Counted from the first letter of the stretch, positions 37,748 to 49,953 are shown. The stretch is DNA of 64,000 nt from Lepidodermella squamata (GCA_047495785.1 JBLDXI010000015.1:3534001-3598000), one strand, 5' to 3'. Program-made: numbers and translations. The notes: generated from the sequence alone by a model not told the origin.

Positions 37748-40129
37748 ATGACCGCGATTTCGCTTGGAATAATTGCTCTTTGCATTATATTCAATGCATC
37801 CCGACAAAGCTGTGAAGCAACACAGAACTTGACTGTTCTAGCATTGGTACCTATCACAGGAGCTAGCCCACTGAATGGAAAAATTTGCTCTGCCGCTATG
37901 CAAGTCGCCATTGATGCTGTGAATGCCAATCGGACATTTTTGCCCGACTATTACGTATCGGCTCGATATCTCGACGAAGGACCGCAGACCATTGCTGGGA
38001 TAAAGAATCTAATTGCATTCTCCAACGAAATTTCGATCAACACAGCACCAATAATAGTTGGCCCGATGAACTCGTGCCAATTCATTTCTCCAATGGCTAG
38101 GGCCCTTAACTACGTCCAGGTTACCACCAGATGTGCAGGACCAGTATTCACCGCCAACAGAAAGATGTACCCGAACCTGTATCGAATTGCAAGGCCAGGT
38201 GATTTGATGGAGATTGAACTGTTGTACTTCGCCAAGAAAATCGGCGGTTGGCGACAGGTGGGTCTTGTATTCTCAGCAAAAGCTGCAGCGTTTGGGCCTT
38301 ACATGCAACTTGTTGCAAGGAAAGCAGGAATCGATATCCTTTTCTATGGAGGCGTCACCGACTTCAATTACGAATTCATGTCGTCACTGAAACAGTCGAA
38401 AAGTAGAGTTATAATCGCGTCCCTGCAGGATGCCCAGTCAATGCTACAATTCCTGTGTGAAGCCCATCGAGCTGATATCAAGGGGCCTCAATTTGTGTTC
38501 CTGTTGCTAGGTCCCATCATTGACGCCTACAAGGTTGATCTCCCCGCAAATTGCTCCCGTGAGGCTTTACTTGAGCAACTCAAAATCGCTTTCAGAGGTG
38601 GCGAGATAAGTGAATCGGCGGACAGCTCTAAATTGACATCACTGGGTTATACTGTTTCAGATTTCGAAAAAAGACTGGACATCCGTACCAATCGAGAACG
38701 AGGGCAGGAACACTCTGTAAGGTACAACTGTCATGACGCGATGGCTCATGCTTTACTTGCCTTGGATAACGCTGATAAGGTGCTTCGAAACAAATCTCTT
38801 CTTAGGCTGGAACACTTTTCCCAGAACCCAGAGGCTGTGATGCGAATTGCTAACGACAGTTCAGCTGCGTCCATTATGGTTTCGCTTTTCGACAACATGC
38901 AATTTTCAGATCGGCTAGAACGTGACAATAAAGTGGCGTATCTAACTCAATGGATCAATGATATTCCAACCAATGTCTACATGCTTTGGTATCCGCACAA
39001 AGACGTAGAAGGAATAACAGATCTAGAGAGGCACGAGTCGAAAATGATCAGCAAACCAGTTTGGACAACACGAAGTGGCAAACCCCCGAAAGATCTCTCC
39101 GAAACTCTTCACATTGTGGCAGAGGAAACAACGATTCCATTGCTTATTGCGATTATTATCTTGGCTTTCATGTCATCGGTTATGGCCGTATCTGCAGTTT
39201 TATTCATTGCCATTACACAGCAAAAGCTCAACATAATGAATACCAGATTTGAGAAAATAGCTATCGGATTACTTTGCTCCGGAGCATTACTTCTGAATTT
39301 AGCAGGAATAATGTTCCAACTTGGCAGTTCGGCTGTTGTTTGCCCTCTTCGGGTCGTCTTTACTTCACTTGGATTAGCATCAATTGTCCTCGCTCTAGTA
39401 TTCATTACAACAAAATTGGTCATCACTAGTAGAATGAAAGTGGCTACCTCAACTACACATTCTCAATGGAATTCAGCTTCTTCAAAGCGAGCTAAGACCA
39501 CCATTGGGTCTTTTCGATGGAATTCACACTCGTCGAAGCGAGCCACTGCAAAGTCTGTCGTGTCTCAAGGCAATAAGAGGTCGCTCGCTTTGCTGCCTTC
39601 CTCTAGAACTCCGGCTGGAGGCATGAAGTTCTTCTCTTCTGGCGTGATATCTTTTGTATCGACTGTGGTCATTACTTGTGTTTGGATTCTAGTTGATCAG
39701 CCGAAACAGCTTGAATCGCTAAGCAACGAGTCATATGATGAAGTGCTTGACTCGTATTACGTTATAATTACTGAGCAATGTGGATCTGTAAGCGAATTCT
39801 ACTGGACTCTTGCTATCGCCTGCGTCAATGTATTGTGCTTGTTGAGTGTGATGCTGAAAGTTTTCACCGGAGTGACATCACTGTTAAAGTATACGACTCA
39901 GCTCATCGGCCTCAAGTACGCAGCGATTAATGCGATTTTCGTCCTAATTGCCACTCTTGGCTTAGCGGTGTCTCTTCAAGATCAGGTTTGGCGCAATGCA
40001 GTATGGTCTTTCGGTTTGATAGTATTCGCTAATTCAATATACTTCTTCGTGACTGTCTTGCCCTTGATAATCACGGGTCTCGCGAAGTCCACTATACCGT
40101 CAGCTACTGTGACCACGTGGCACAACTGA
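37748..40129 (+). CDS. Intronless class C GPCR, GABA-B-like (Venus flytrap + 7TM), copy 1
   Basis: Signal peptide; A.Q.AIDAVNAN..FLPDY, IIVGP, RKMYPNLYR, GWRQVG; no cysteine-rich domain; 7 TM with VCPLRV and W..VD.P. Confidence 0.85.
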   Translation: MTAISLGIIALCIIFNASRQSCEATQNLTVLALVPITGASPLNGKICSAAMQVAIDAVNANRTFLPDYYVSARYLDEGPQTIAGIKNLIAFSNEISINTAPIIVGPMNSCQFISPMARALNYVQVTTRCAGPVFTANRKMYPNLYRIARPGDLMEIELLYFAKKIGGWRQVGLVFSAKAAAFGPYMQLVARKAGIDILFYGGVTDFNYEFMSSLKQSKSRVIIASLQDAQSMLQFLCEAHRADIKGPQFVFLLLGPIIDAYKVDLPANCSREALLEQLKIAFRGGEISESADSSKLTSLGYTVSDFEKRLDIRTNRERGQEHSVRYNCHDAMAHALLALDNADKVLRNKSLLRLEHFSQNPEAVMRIANDSSAASIMVSLFDNMQFSDRLERDNKVAYLTQWINDIPTNVYMLWYPHKDVEGITDLERHESKMISKPVWTTRSGKPPKDLSETLHIVAEETTIPLLIAIIILAFMSSVMAVSAVLFIAITQQKLNIMNTRFEKIAIGLLCSGALLLNLAGIMFQLGSSAVVCPLRVVFTSLGLASIVLALVFITTKLVITSRMKVATSTTHSQWNSASSKRAKTTIGSFRWNSHSSKRATAKSVVSQGNKRSLALLPSSRTPAGGMKFFSSGVISFVSTVVITCVWILVDQPKQLESLSNESYDEVLDSYYVIITEQCGSVSEFYWTLAIACVNVLCLLSVMLKVFTGVTSLLKYTTQLIGLKYAAINAIFVLIATLGLAVSLQDQVWRNAVWSFGLIVFANSIYFFVTVLPLIITGLAKSTIPSATVTTWHN

Positions 40130-40559
40130 CGCCAGGCTACTGGATCAACGGGTCCAGTCGACTGCAAATTATTTGAGAGACCACGCTACTGACAAATACG
40201 ATTTTCAAGCATCTGCTCTGATCGTTTTGGCTCATGGTCATTCGATCGATTAATTCATCTTGTTTTTTTTATATAATTTCCTTAATTTTAGTTAAGCGGT
40301 GTCAATTCAATTCATTGTTTGATGTTCAGAATGTTCAAAGAATGATCAGAAATTTCGGAGCTCATTGTCTCACTGTGTTTACAAGATACTCCTTCTGCTG
40401 ATTGATTCCGCAATTTAGGTCTACATATGCGTATAGATTTCCTAAACATTCTTCAAAATAAGGAAGTTGCTGCCTTCTGAAATATGTCATGAAACATGAA
40501 AGTAGGGTTCAATTATTCGCATAATTCTAATTTGCACGACATTATCAGCTATTCAATTT

Positions 40560-41580
40560 TTGGATTCCTCGTTGATACTGACCTCAATCTCGACAATCGA
40601 AGGCGGCAATCGCACGGCAATTTATATGGCGGCTCGGAAGGGTCATGCGGATCTCGCTTAATTGCTAATCGAAAATGGAGCTCCAAACCCCTCTGTTCGA
40701 TGTAAGAGTGTCATCTCGAGATTGTGAAGTTTTTCGTTGAAAAATGCCGCCTCGACGTGAATTTGAGGGACGAAGCTGGCAGGACTCCTGCCTTCATGGC
40801 AGCGGCCACGTTTCGACTGTGGCCTACCTTGCCGATTCTAACGGCTGGACGCCGATATTTCTAGCTGCTTATTGCGGCCATACCTGCGTTGCGAGATTTT
40901 CTAAACAATCTACCGTCCTGCTCAAAAAATGTCATCCTCGAATGAATGCAGCCTCAAATAAATGTCAGAGGTTAGAAGTCGGTCGGAAAAATAAATGTCA
41001 GGTCAGTGGCGTGGACAAAACTCGAGATCACTAATGATTTTGGCCTTTCTGATTGGATATAATTTCTGCTCTTGGCATTGGGAAAGGTCATAGACCAAAA
41101 ATACGTAGAATCTGAGGGGAATGGATGCCGTTTGGTTACAGGTGTTAGGCAGTTAATTGCTGGTTCGGGCAAATGAATGCCGAGCCCGAAATAAATATCA
41201 GTCCCTTTGAAATGTCAGGAGTTCATCAACGTTAGAAAAAAATGTCATGGTTTTTGTTTCGGGCAGTACGGTACCTTATACATATTCACATCAATTTCAG
41301 TATAATTGCGATTTTGCTCGCCGTGGAAATCGGTCATTTCGAGCTGGTTAAACTGCTGGAAAATGTTTTGTTGAAAAGTGCCGTCTCGACGTGAATTTGA
41401 GGGACGAAGCTGGCCGTGCTCCTGCTTTCATGACAGCGAGTCAAGGCCATGTTTCCAATTTGGCCTACCTTACTGAAAAGGGGGCAGATTGTTCAACGGC
41501 TGATTCTAATGGCTTGGCGCCGCTATTTTTAGCTGCTTACTACGGCAATGTCGGCGTTGCGAGATTTCTAATCAATCTAC
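40560..41580 (+). pseudogene. Two rearranged, frameshifted fragments of the ankyrin gene
   Basis: High nucleotide similarity to 33190-33810 (e.g. CTCGACGTGAATTTGAGGGACGAAGCTGGC twice) with deletions, stops and a MITE insertion. Confidence 0.85.
40913..41271. mobile_element. MITE with CCGT termini and TA TSD inserted in the ankyrin pseudogene
   Basis: TA|CCGTCCTGCTC...GGGCAGTACGG|TA; the intact gene has the empty site AATCTACCTTAT at ~33715; AAATGTCA internal repeats. Confidence 0.75.
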
Positions 41581-41973
41581 CAACAACAACGCAATAATCA
41601 AGGCATAATCACAGTACAATAAACATAACAATGTTCCCGAGTTCCTTACAGTTAGGGGTCATCTCGAGCAAAATTGTTCTTCCACTTTATATCCGATTGG
41701 CTCCATTTCGTCATCAATTGTTATGGACCATGCCCAGTCGCTAGAAGACAACCGCACCTCGATAACACCTTCCGCTGGCATTCTGCCAGAATTCCTGCAA
41801 ACTTCAGCTTGAGTATGCAAAAAGATGCATCAATTTTGGGACATGCCTGTTTTTGCAGGCAGAATGGCGCAACATGCATTGATACTTATAAGTTTGTCAA
41901 ATAAGTTGCCAAATCAAAAAATAGCTGAAGAACTTTTGGGAAACGCTGTATAACACCGTATCAATGCATGTTA

Positions 41974-42534
41974 CTTGGGACTAATACTGTATGGACTCGA
42001 CACTGCCAGCGTCTCTCCATAAAAATCCTGCTGGATGCAAAAAACCGTCCGAAGAATCGTAATCGTAAAGTCGTTCAAAAATCGCGAGAAAAAAATCGAA
42101 AAATGATGTTTTATAAGATCATTCTTTACATAAATACGATAGAATATTCATGACTCATTGAATAATTTTTTGCCATTTTTTATTCCCTCAAAATGGCTAT
42201 TTCTGAATAGCATTCAAAGTAAAATCATTGCGAAGTCATAAAATTTTGAACTTGGCACTGTTGCAAAGATCGTGACTTAAGCTGTCGATGTTCATAGCTA
42301 TCGAAGTCTGTAACTATCGGCATGGTTTGCACATACGGTACTCTCGTGAAACTTGTCCTGTTTTTGGCTTTGTAACGGGTGGATGTGTAAAAATGGTGCT
42401 TTTAATGCGTAAAAACATGTTTTTTCATGCGTGATTTTCTCGCATCTTTTGATTTTTTTCCTGTCCAGCAGAAAAGTGGCTAGTGTCGAGTCCATACAGC
42501 ACATACTAATACAGCATACAGTATTAGTCCCAAG
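41974..42534. mobile_element. MITE with perfect 20-bp TIRs
   Basis: CTTGGGACTAATACTGTATG / CATACAGTATTAGTCCCAAG flanked by duplicated CATGTTA; empty paralogous site at ~34602-34612. Confidence 0.85.
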
Positions 42535-43172
42535 CATGTTACTCTATTCATGAAAAAAGTGGAGTCAATCGGATAAGTGGAAGTAAAGTATGCGAATGGA
42601 GAAATCCCTGCTTTCATTGATCGAAAGATTGGCTGAAAGATCGAACGAAGTCGCTTTGCAGTCATCAAGTGACGTCATTCAAAAGCCATTGCGCTCATCA
42701 AAAAGCGTAGAGTTTGCATGAGGGCCAATGCATAAGAGACTCCTCAATTTCCGTGGAATTCAATTTTGAGCTCCTCGCGCCTCGACTGTGGAAGGTTTTG
42801 CTATCCAGAGCCGTACGTCTGAAATATAAGATCCGCAAGCCATATGTTCGCAGCCAGCCATTGCAATCCAAGTCTACAGATAGTAGCTATATATGAGGCT
42901 AAAGCTATTTGCTATTTTTAATGTTTTAATCTCATCCGCAACTACTTCCGACAATCGCATACTTCCTAGCACTAAGAGCTGAACTCGACATCACGTTGAG
43001 CATTCAGCCCGAGACAATCTTTGTTTCATGAAAAATTGATATCAACACATTGATCCTCATATTTCATTTTCTCGATTAACCTATTAAAATCATTGAATTA
43101 TAACTGTATTATCTCTTCAGAGGCGGCACTTGACAACTTGTTCAAAGAAAGGCTATACTTCTGGCGATATAA

Positions 43173-45488
43173 ATGAGCGCGATTTCTCTTGGAATACTAG
43201 CTCTTTGCATTCTATGCAGTGCATCCCAGCAGAGCCGCATAGCAACGCAGAACTTGACCATTCTAGCATTGGTACCTGTGACAGGAGCAAGCCCTATGAA
43301 TGGAAAAATTTGCTCTGCCGCTATGCAAGTCGCAGTTGACACTGTGAATGCCAATCGGACATTTTTACCTGACTATTACGTATCGGCTCGATATGTTGAT
43401 GAGGGGCAACAGGCTACTATTGGAATAAGGAATCTTATTGCTTTTTCTGTCGAAAGCGTTATTGATAGAGCTCCAATAATAGTTGGCCCGATGAACGCGT
43501 GCCAATTCATAGCTCCAGTGGCTAGAGGCCTTAATTACGTCCAAGTGACCACCAGATGTGCAGGACCAGTATTCACCGCCAACCGAAAGATGTATCCGAA
43601 TTTGTATCGAATCGCGAGGCCTGGTGATTTGATGGAAATTGAGCTGCTGTACTTCGCCAAGAAAATCGGCGGTTGGCGACAGGTGGGTCTGGTATTCTCA
43701 GCAAGAGCTGCTGCCTTTGGGCCTTACATGCAACTTGTTGCAAGGAAAGCTGGAATCGATATCCTTTTCTATGGAGGCGTCACCGACTTCAACAATGAAT
43801 TCATGTTTTCTCTAAAGCAATCGAGAAGCAGAGTGATAATTGCGTCACTACAGGATTCGCAGTCCATGCTACAATTCTTATGCGAAGCTCATCGAGCGGA
43901 TATCAAAGGACCACAATTCGTGTTCTTGTTGCTGTCTCCAATCATTGATGCCTACAGGGTTGATCTCCCTGCAAATTGTTCTCGTGAGGCTTTCCTAAGG
44001 CAACTCAAAATTGTATTCAGAATTGGCGAGAATAGTGAATCGGCGGACAGCACTAAATTGACTTCACTGGGTTATACTGTTTCAGATTTCGAAAAAAGGC
44101 TGGACAACCGGACAAATCAAGAACGAGGGCAAGAATATTCTGTGAGGTACAACTGTCATGACGCCATGGCTCATGCTTTACTTGCCTTGCATAATGCTGA
44201 TAAGGTGCTTCGAAATAAATCAACTTTTAGGCTGGAACACTTTTCCCATATCCCAGAGACTGTGATGAATATTGTTAATGAAAGTTCAGCTACGACCAAT
44301 ATGGTTTCGCTTTTCGACAACATGGAGTTTTCAGATCGCCTAGAGCGTGACAATAAGGTGGTTTATCTCACACAATGGATCAATGATATTCCCACCAATG
44401 TCTACATGCTTTGGTATCCGCACAAAGACGTTGAAGGAATAACAGACCTAGAGAAGCACGAGTCAAAAATGATCAACAACCCAGTTTGGATAACACGAAG
44501 TGGCAAACCACCGAAAGATCTTTCAAGAACTCTTCACATTGTGGCTGAGGAAACAACAGTTCCGTTGCTTGTTGTGATTGTTATCTTAGCTTTCATGCTA
44601 TCTGTTGTGGCAGTGTCTGCTGTTTTAATTATTTCCATTAAGCAGCAAAAGCTCAATATTATGAATACCAGGTTTGAGAAAATAGCTCTCGGATTACTTT
44701 GCTCTGGGGCATTATTTCTGAATTTAGCGGGAATAATGTTCCAGCTTGGCAGTTCGTCTGTTGTTTGCCCTCTTCGGGTAGTCTTGACTTCACTTGGATT
44801 AGCTTCAATCGTCTTCGCTCTTGTATTCATTACGACAAAATTGGTCGTCGCTATTGGAATGAATGTGGCTACGTCAACCACACATTCTCGATGGAATTCA
44901 GCCTCGTCAAAGCGAGCTGCGAAATCTGTCGCGCTGCAAGGCAATAAGCGGTCGCTCGCTTCGCAGCCTTTCTCTAGAACTCCGGCTCGAGGCATGAAGT
45001 TCTTCTCTTTTGGCGTGATATCATTTGTATCGACTGTGGTAATTACTTGCGCTTGGATGCTAGTTGATCAGCCAAAACAACTTACATCGCTAGGCAACGA
45101 GTCTTACGATGAAATGCTTGACTCTTATTACGTAATAATTACTAAGCAATGTGGATCTGTACGCGAACTCTACTGGTCTCTATCAATCTGCTCCTTAAAT
45201 GTCCTATGCTTGTTAAGTGTGATGCTGAAAGTTTTCACCAGAAGGAAATCACTGTTGAAATATAAAACTCAGCTCATCGGCCTGAAGTACGCCGCTGTTA
45301 ATGCGGTCTTCGTCTTAATTGCCACTCTTGGGTTAGCTGTATCTTTTCAAGATCAGGTTTGGCGCAACGCAATTTGGTCTTTCGGTTTGATAGTATTCGC
45401 TAATTCAATACACTTCTTCGTGGTTGTCTTGCCCTTGGTAATCACGAGTCTCGCGAAGTCAGCTACTGGGTTCTCGGGGCACAACTGA
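43173..45488 (+). CDS. Intronless class C GPCR, GABA-B-like, copy 2 (tandem duplicate)
   Basis: Collinear and highly similar to 37748-40129 including flanks (37510-40560 vs 42910-45860). Confidence 0.85.
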   Translation: MSAISLGILALCILCSASQQSRIATQNLTILALVPVTGASPMNGKICSAAMQVAVDTVNANRTFLPDYYVSARYVDEGQQATIGIRNLIAFSVESVIDRAPIIVGPMNACQFIAPVARGLNYVQVTTRCAGPVFTANRKMYPNLYRIARPGDLMEIELLYFAKKIGGWRQVGLVFSARAAAFGPYMQLVARKAGIDILFYGGVTDFNNEFMFSLKQSRSRVIIASLQDSQSMLQFLCEAHRADIKGPQFVFLLLSPIIDAYRVDLPANCSREAFLRQLKIVFRIGENSESADSTKLTSLGYTVSDFEKRLDNRTNQERGQEYSVRYNCHDAMAHALLALHNADKVLRNKSTFRLEHFSHIPETVMNIVNESSATTNMVSLFDNMEFSDRLERDNKVVYLTQWINDIPTNVYMLWYPHKDVEGITDLEKHESKMINNPVWITRSGKPPKDLSRTLHIVAEETTVPLLVVIVILAFMLSVVAVSAVLIISIKQQKLNIMNTRFEKIALGLLCSGALFLNLAGIMFQLGSSSVVCPLRVVLTSLGLASIVFALVFITTKLVVAIGMNVATSTTHSRWNSASSKRAAKSVALQGNKRSLASQPFSRTPARGMKFFSFGVISFVSTVVITCAWMLVDQPKQLTSLGNESYDEMLDSYYVIITKQCGSVRELYWSLSICSLNVLCLLSVMLKVFTRRKSLLKYKTQLIGLKYAAVNAVFVLIATLGLAVSFQDQVWRNAIWSFGLIVFANSIHFFVVVLPLVITSLAKSATGFSGHN

Positions 45489-46168
45489 GGTCAGGCTACC
45501 GGATAAACCGGCACAGTCAACTGCAAATTATTAGAGACCACGCCCCTGACAAAAATGATTGATCTGCTTGCTTTGTTTATGTTTATTTTCTCTTACTTTT
45601 TATTTCATCAATTTCAGTTTTACGGTGTCAATTCGTTTCATTTTTGATGTTCAGAAAATGTCCATGAATCGCGGCACTCAATGTCGCTTAAAAGATATTC
45701 CCTCAGCTGATTGATTCCGAAATTTATAAGTCTCCATATTATTCATAGATAGTTTTCTCATACATTCTTCAAACTAAGGAAGTTGTTTTGCATTCTATGT
45801 CATGAAAGTAGGGTACTATTATTTACGAAATTCCAATTTTCGCTCAATTTTGAGTGACTCAATTTTCGTTCACAGGATTTTCAAATTTTCTACTGCAGAA
45901 AAAACTACTATCACCTCATCTATTGTTTGTGCATATATTCCATTTTGTTTAAATGTCTGCTGTAGAAAAGGTTCCCGAAATAAGTAAACTTTTAAAGTTG
46001 AAAATTGTTATGAGACATTATTATCGATTCTCATAATTTATTTTCAATTGATTCCTGATCGGAATTATTAACATCAATTTTCATGAATGGCGCTTGATTA
46101 TGCTTGCAAATCGGTTCAAAGAGGATAGAATAATCTGATGTGCTCCACTAGGCTATACTTTTACCAAA

Positions 46169-46271
46169 TGGTTGGCTACAGGTGGGTCTGGCATTCTCAG
46201 CGAGGGCGGCTGCTTTCGGGTTTCAAATGCAACTTGTTGCGAGGAAAGCTGGAATCGATATCCTTTTCTAC
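46169..46271 (+). pseudogene. Short remnant of a third GABA-B-like GPCR copy
   Basis: Encodes GWLQVGLAFSARAAAFGFQMQLVARKAGIDILFY, matching both full copies. Confidence 0.75.
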
Positions 46272-47481
46272 GTGTCCATAATCAGAACGAGCAATGAGGC
46301 GGTTTCAACCTTAGGTCGACCGGTACTCGGTCTGCTTGTCCTGCCTTCTTTCTTCTAAAAAAAAAGAAATCTGAAATCTATATTATAATATTGCAAACAG
46401 GAAAGTAACTCACAGCTCACGGTTAATAAAGGCTCGATCTAAGGCCAAAAAACCTAGCACCCCGCTCGACGTCTGTGGTGGCGGAAATAATTCGAGAGAA
46501 GCAGTAGAAGTTGCAAAATTTGACTGGATCTTAGGTTCTAGTAGTCCAATGGTCAATGGTAAACGCGTTTCTCAGACTTTCGCGTCTACGATTTTTGTAA
46601 TTGTTACCGAAAAGTCTACGAATAAGAATAATGTGCTTTCCTACGAAGCACGTAGACCGTAGAACTGAACGTAGAAAAGAATATCAATTCCAGCTTTCCT
46701 CGCAACAAGTTGCATTTGAAGCCCGAACGCTGCCGCCCTTGCTTAGTATACAGACCCAGCTGTCGCAAACCATTTGACAAAAGTATCACCTTGTGGAACA
46801 GATCTGATGGACCTGAACCTGGGGGTCGATTCAATACAGCGCCGTCGATGAAAACCTTTTTCAACTATTCCGACCAGATATCCATTGAAAATAAAAGATG
46901 AGAATCAAATATAGAAAAAAGAAAAAATATAAAATATAATGAAGATTGTCGGGCTAAATACTGATCGTGATGTCAGGCTCAGCTTTACTTCCAGGAAGTA
47001 TACGCCTTTGACGGAAGTTATGACGGGTCGTTTGAAAACATGTATAGGCGGCGTCTAAACAGCTTGAATCTCTGCAATACAACAGGCGCAGTGTAACTAA
47101 CTAACGAACACATTATATATGGATAAATTATATGGATCCTGTAAGAACATCAGCTCACGAATGCAAGAGCTTAAACAGGTTTAGTATTCTCGAGTTTTAT
47201 ACTCATTTGTTTGCGTCGGTTTTATTTAGTCGGTGAACAGTAAAAAGTGGCGTTTTACCATGCTTTTATGATTTATAAAAGCAACTTTAGGCTCTTAGAT
47301 CGACAAATAATAGGGAACTATTAACTGGAATCGATCTTAACAAAATTCGGTTGCTAAACTCGAACTATTAGGAGTTAAGAGCTTATTTGTTCATATAATC
47401 TTATATCATGTTGATGATACGAAAAGGATCTCCATTTTTACATTGCACTGGGTTTGCCGAAACTTGCCGGAGGATAAATAA

Positions 47482-48536
47482 TCACTCAGTAGCTACAAGC
47501 CATTCTTTCGGGACATTATCATTGATATATTTCTCGAATTCCTCCAGCAAATCTTTGTCTTCAAAGTGATTGCGCCAGTCTCCAACCTGACCTTTACGCA
47601 TGTATTGATGCTCTCCACTGAACATGCCAACCTTTTTGTACCAAGAGTCTTTCGTCCAAGCGTGCGCTGATCCACCGCGCATCTTTTCGAAACTGGTAAA
47701 ATCTCGGATTCGTTCCACTGTGGCATCGTCGATCTTCTTGCCGAGGAATTCAGCTATTCTGCGAATCGCACCGGCATGATCCTATACATGATTACATCAA
47801 TAGACGATTGCTATGGTTGGAAAACCAATAAATGTACCTTTTTAATGTCTTCGTAGCGAAGGATCAAAAGATTCTTTCCTTGTTTTCGCAAGTCGTAGTA
47901 TGACTTGACATGCTTGTGATACGATCCAGGGAATATATTGCCATCAATGGAAGCTCTCACGAACTCATCAAAAGTTAGTTTAAAGTTGAAACAACCCCCG
48001 GTCAACCCAGTAAAATGATGGTAATTTGATACAAGAGCGTCCTTCGGGTTTCGATATATGTACAAAATGCGGGCTTTGAAAGCATCTTTCGGCAGCAATT
48101 CGCCCGGCAAGTGAGACATGTAGAACCGCTTGCCTGGTTTTGACGCCAGCCTTTCAATTGCCTGAGGCAACGGGGGCTTTGGCATGTCCAAAGGCATGCG
48201 TTCATCAGCAGGCATGACGTTGTCGAAATCCCCTGTCTCAATCAGCCAAATCATGTAGTGCAGCCAATGCGACCCAGACTTGGGATAACTCAGGCAAAAA
48301 ATGTCATCCTCCTTTACGGGCAAATTGTAAATTTGCGGCCAATACAGTGGAAAATAGGCCGGCAACGAGTAACCGTGGAATTTGACAGTTGGCAGACCGC
48401 TGCCATCGACATCAGCCAAGTGAGAGTATTCATCGCTGAGTTTTGCCAGGTATCGCTTTGTCATTTCGTAGTCGGGCTCGTTACGATCATTAGGTAGCAT
48501 TTTTTCGACATCGAATTCTGCCTTTACTGAAGTCAT
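47482..48536 (-). CDS. Cytosolic sulfotransferase (SULT1-like), one intron ~47782-47837
   Basis: 5'-PSB SYPKSGSHW, SHLP, 3'-PB RNPKDALVS, YEDIKKD, RKGQVGDWRNHF. Confidence 0.92.
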
Positions 48537-49062
48537 TGCCAGCTAAGGTCACGTGCTTCAACTCCTAATTCTTTGAACAGCAGATCTGTAATGCAGATAT
48601 TTCCTGGAAATTCGCCCAACTTATATACTGATCAGTGTCTGGGAAGGCGTTAAATTCAGCAATCTATTGCGCATTCATGAGCAATATTATAGCTGTTTTC
48701 ATGATTTATCTCCCCAATTTATAACTGCAGGTGTGAAATAAAATTGAAACTAAACATATCAATAGCTCTTTAAATTTATCACCCCTGCGTCGTCTAATGC
48801 GGATTCTTCATCAATTCTTCAACACAGTTAATATTCATCAACACGTCTTATACTACCGACTCTATAAGTAGTAAGAAATACCGCTACTAGCCCGATGGCC
48901 TGCCCAGAAACTTAGAACTCCAACTAAGCTGAATATAGATGACCTGATAACTCGAATTACGAATTTCTCCCGGCCGGTTTTCAATTTATTTATATGCACT
49001 AATAATTTTTACAACGAACTGTTTACTGAAGTTACAAGTTTAGTATTTGTATAGTGACGCTC

Positions 49063-49242
49063 TCATCGCTTCCAATGACCAATGCCCCATGGCGACTGGT
49101 TGATTGGACCGTGCGGACCGTGCGGACCGTGCGGAAAAGGAACAAAGTCGCGTGGTGCTTGAACTATTGGACGGGGAAATGGGCAGCCGAGTTCATTGGG
49201 TTGAGGAAAACATCCGCCTTCCTTAAAATTGTACTGATTCAT
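49063..49242 (-). CDS. 59-aa Pro/Gly/His-rich micro-ORF
   Basis: MNQYNFKEGGCFPQPNELGCPFPRP...PHGPHGPHGP...WKR*; AATAAA on the minus strand at ~48985-48990; 9-bp repeat GGACCGTGC x3 is in frame. Confidence 0.35.
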   Translation of the reverse strand: MNQYNFKEGGCFPQPNELGCPFPRPIVQAPRDFVPFPHGPHGPHGPINQSPWGIGHWKR

Positions 49243-49629
49243 CCTACTCAAATAAGATTGATGAATACTAAGAGTTAGATGAAAATTGTCCACCTGTTTA
49301 GTTTCCTGAGAAAAATTTTCCACAATAAGGACAGCCAAAGCAACTTGAAGAGGCGATATCACAGTCTCGATTTTTACAATACAGGCACTCTACTCCCATG
49401 AATAAGCGATTTGCCAAGAATGATGCAATGCAGCAAAGCGTCATTTAGGTGCTAAGCAACCTCCTGTTTTTTCGATAATAAGCATAGGAATAGAGAGAAT
49501 TGCGAAGCGCCGAAGTTGGTAGCCGCTAAATAATTAAACAGAAACACAGTTGACGTAAAATGCGAGGAAGTACTGAAGTAGCTTAAACTTTCATCAATTT
49601 TACGCCATTTTTTTCCTGATTCGTGCACC

Positions 49630-49755
49630 ATGCCTGGCCAGCAACCACCTAACGTAACTTGTGGTACTCACGCTAACATGCATAATCCTCAACATCCAAC
49701 TTACACGGGACCCTGCAACAAGCAGTGCCAGCATCCGTGCGCAGGGAAGAAATGA
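49630..49755 (+). CDS. 41-aa Cys/His-rich micro-ORF (not in ORF track)
   Basis: GCACCATG context; MPGQQPPNVTCGTHANMHNPQHPTYTGPCNKQCQHPCAGKK*. Confidence 0.35.
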   Translation: MPGQQPPNVTCGTHANMHNPQHPTYTGPCNKQCQHPCAGKK

Positions 49756-49854
49756 TCTCGACTCCACTGCGAGTGACTCAATTGACAGGAAACTAATAAC
49801 CTCTCATTAAGTTTGTGTAGTTAGTGTTACTAAAACTGCTTATATTCACTATCA

Positions 49855-49953
49855 ATGAGTGGGAAAGGCAAAGATGGCTGTGGTTGCGGTGGTAGTGGAA
49901 AAACGGACAGTGGCGCCAGTGGTCATGGCAAAACAGGATCGAAATCGAAATGA
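49855..49953 (+). CDS. 32-aa Gly/Ser/Lys-rich micro-ORF (not in ORF track)
   Basis: MSGKGKDGCGCGGSGKTDSGASGHGKTGSKSK*; GC-rich island in AT-rich flanks. Confidence 0.35.
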   Translation: MSGKGKDGCGCGGSGKTDSGASGHGKTGSKSK

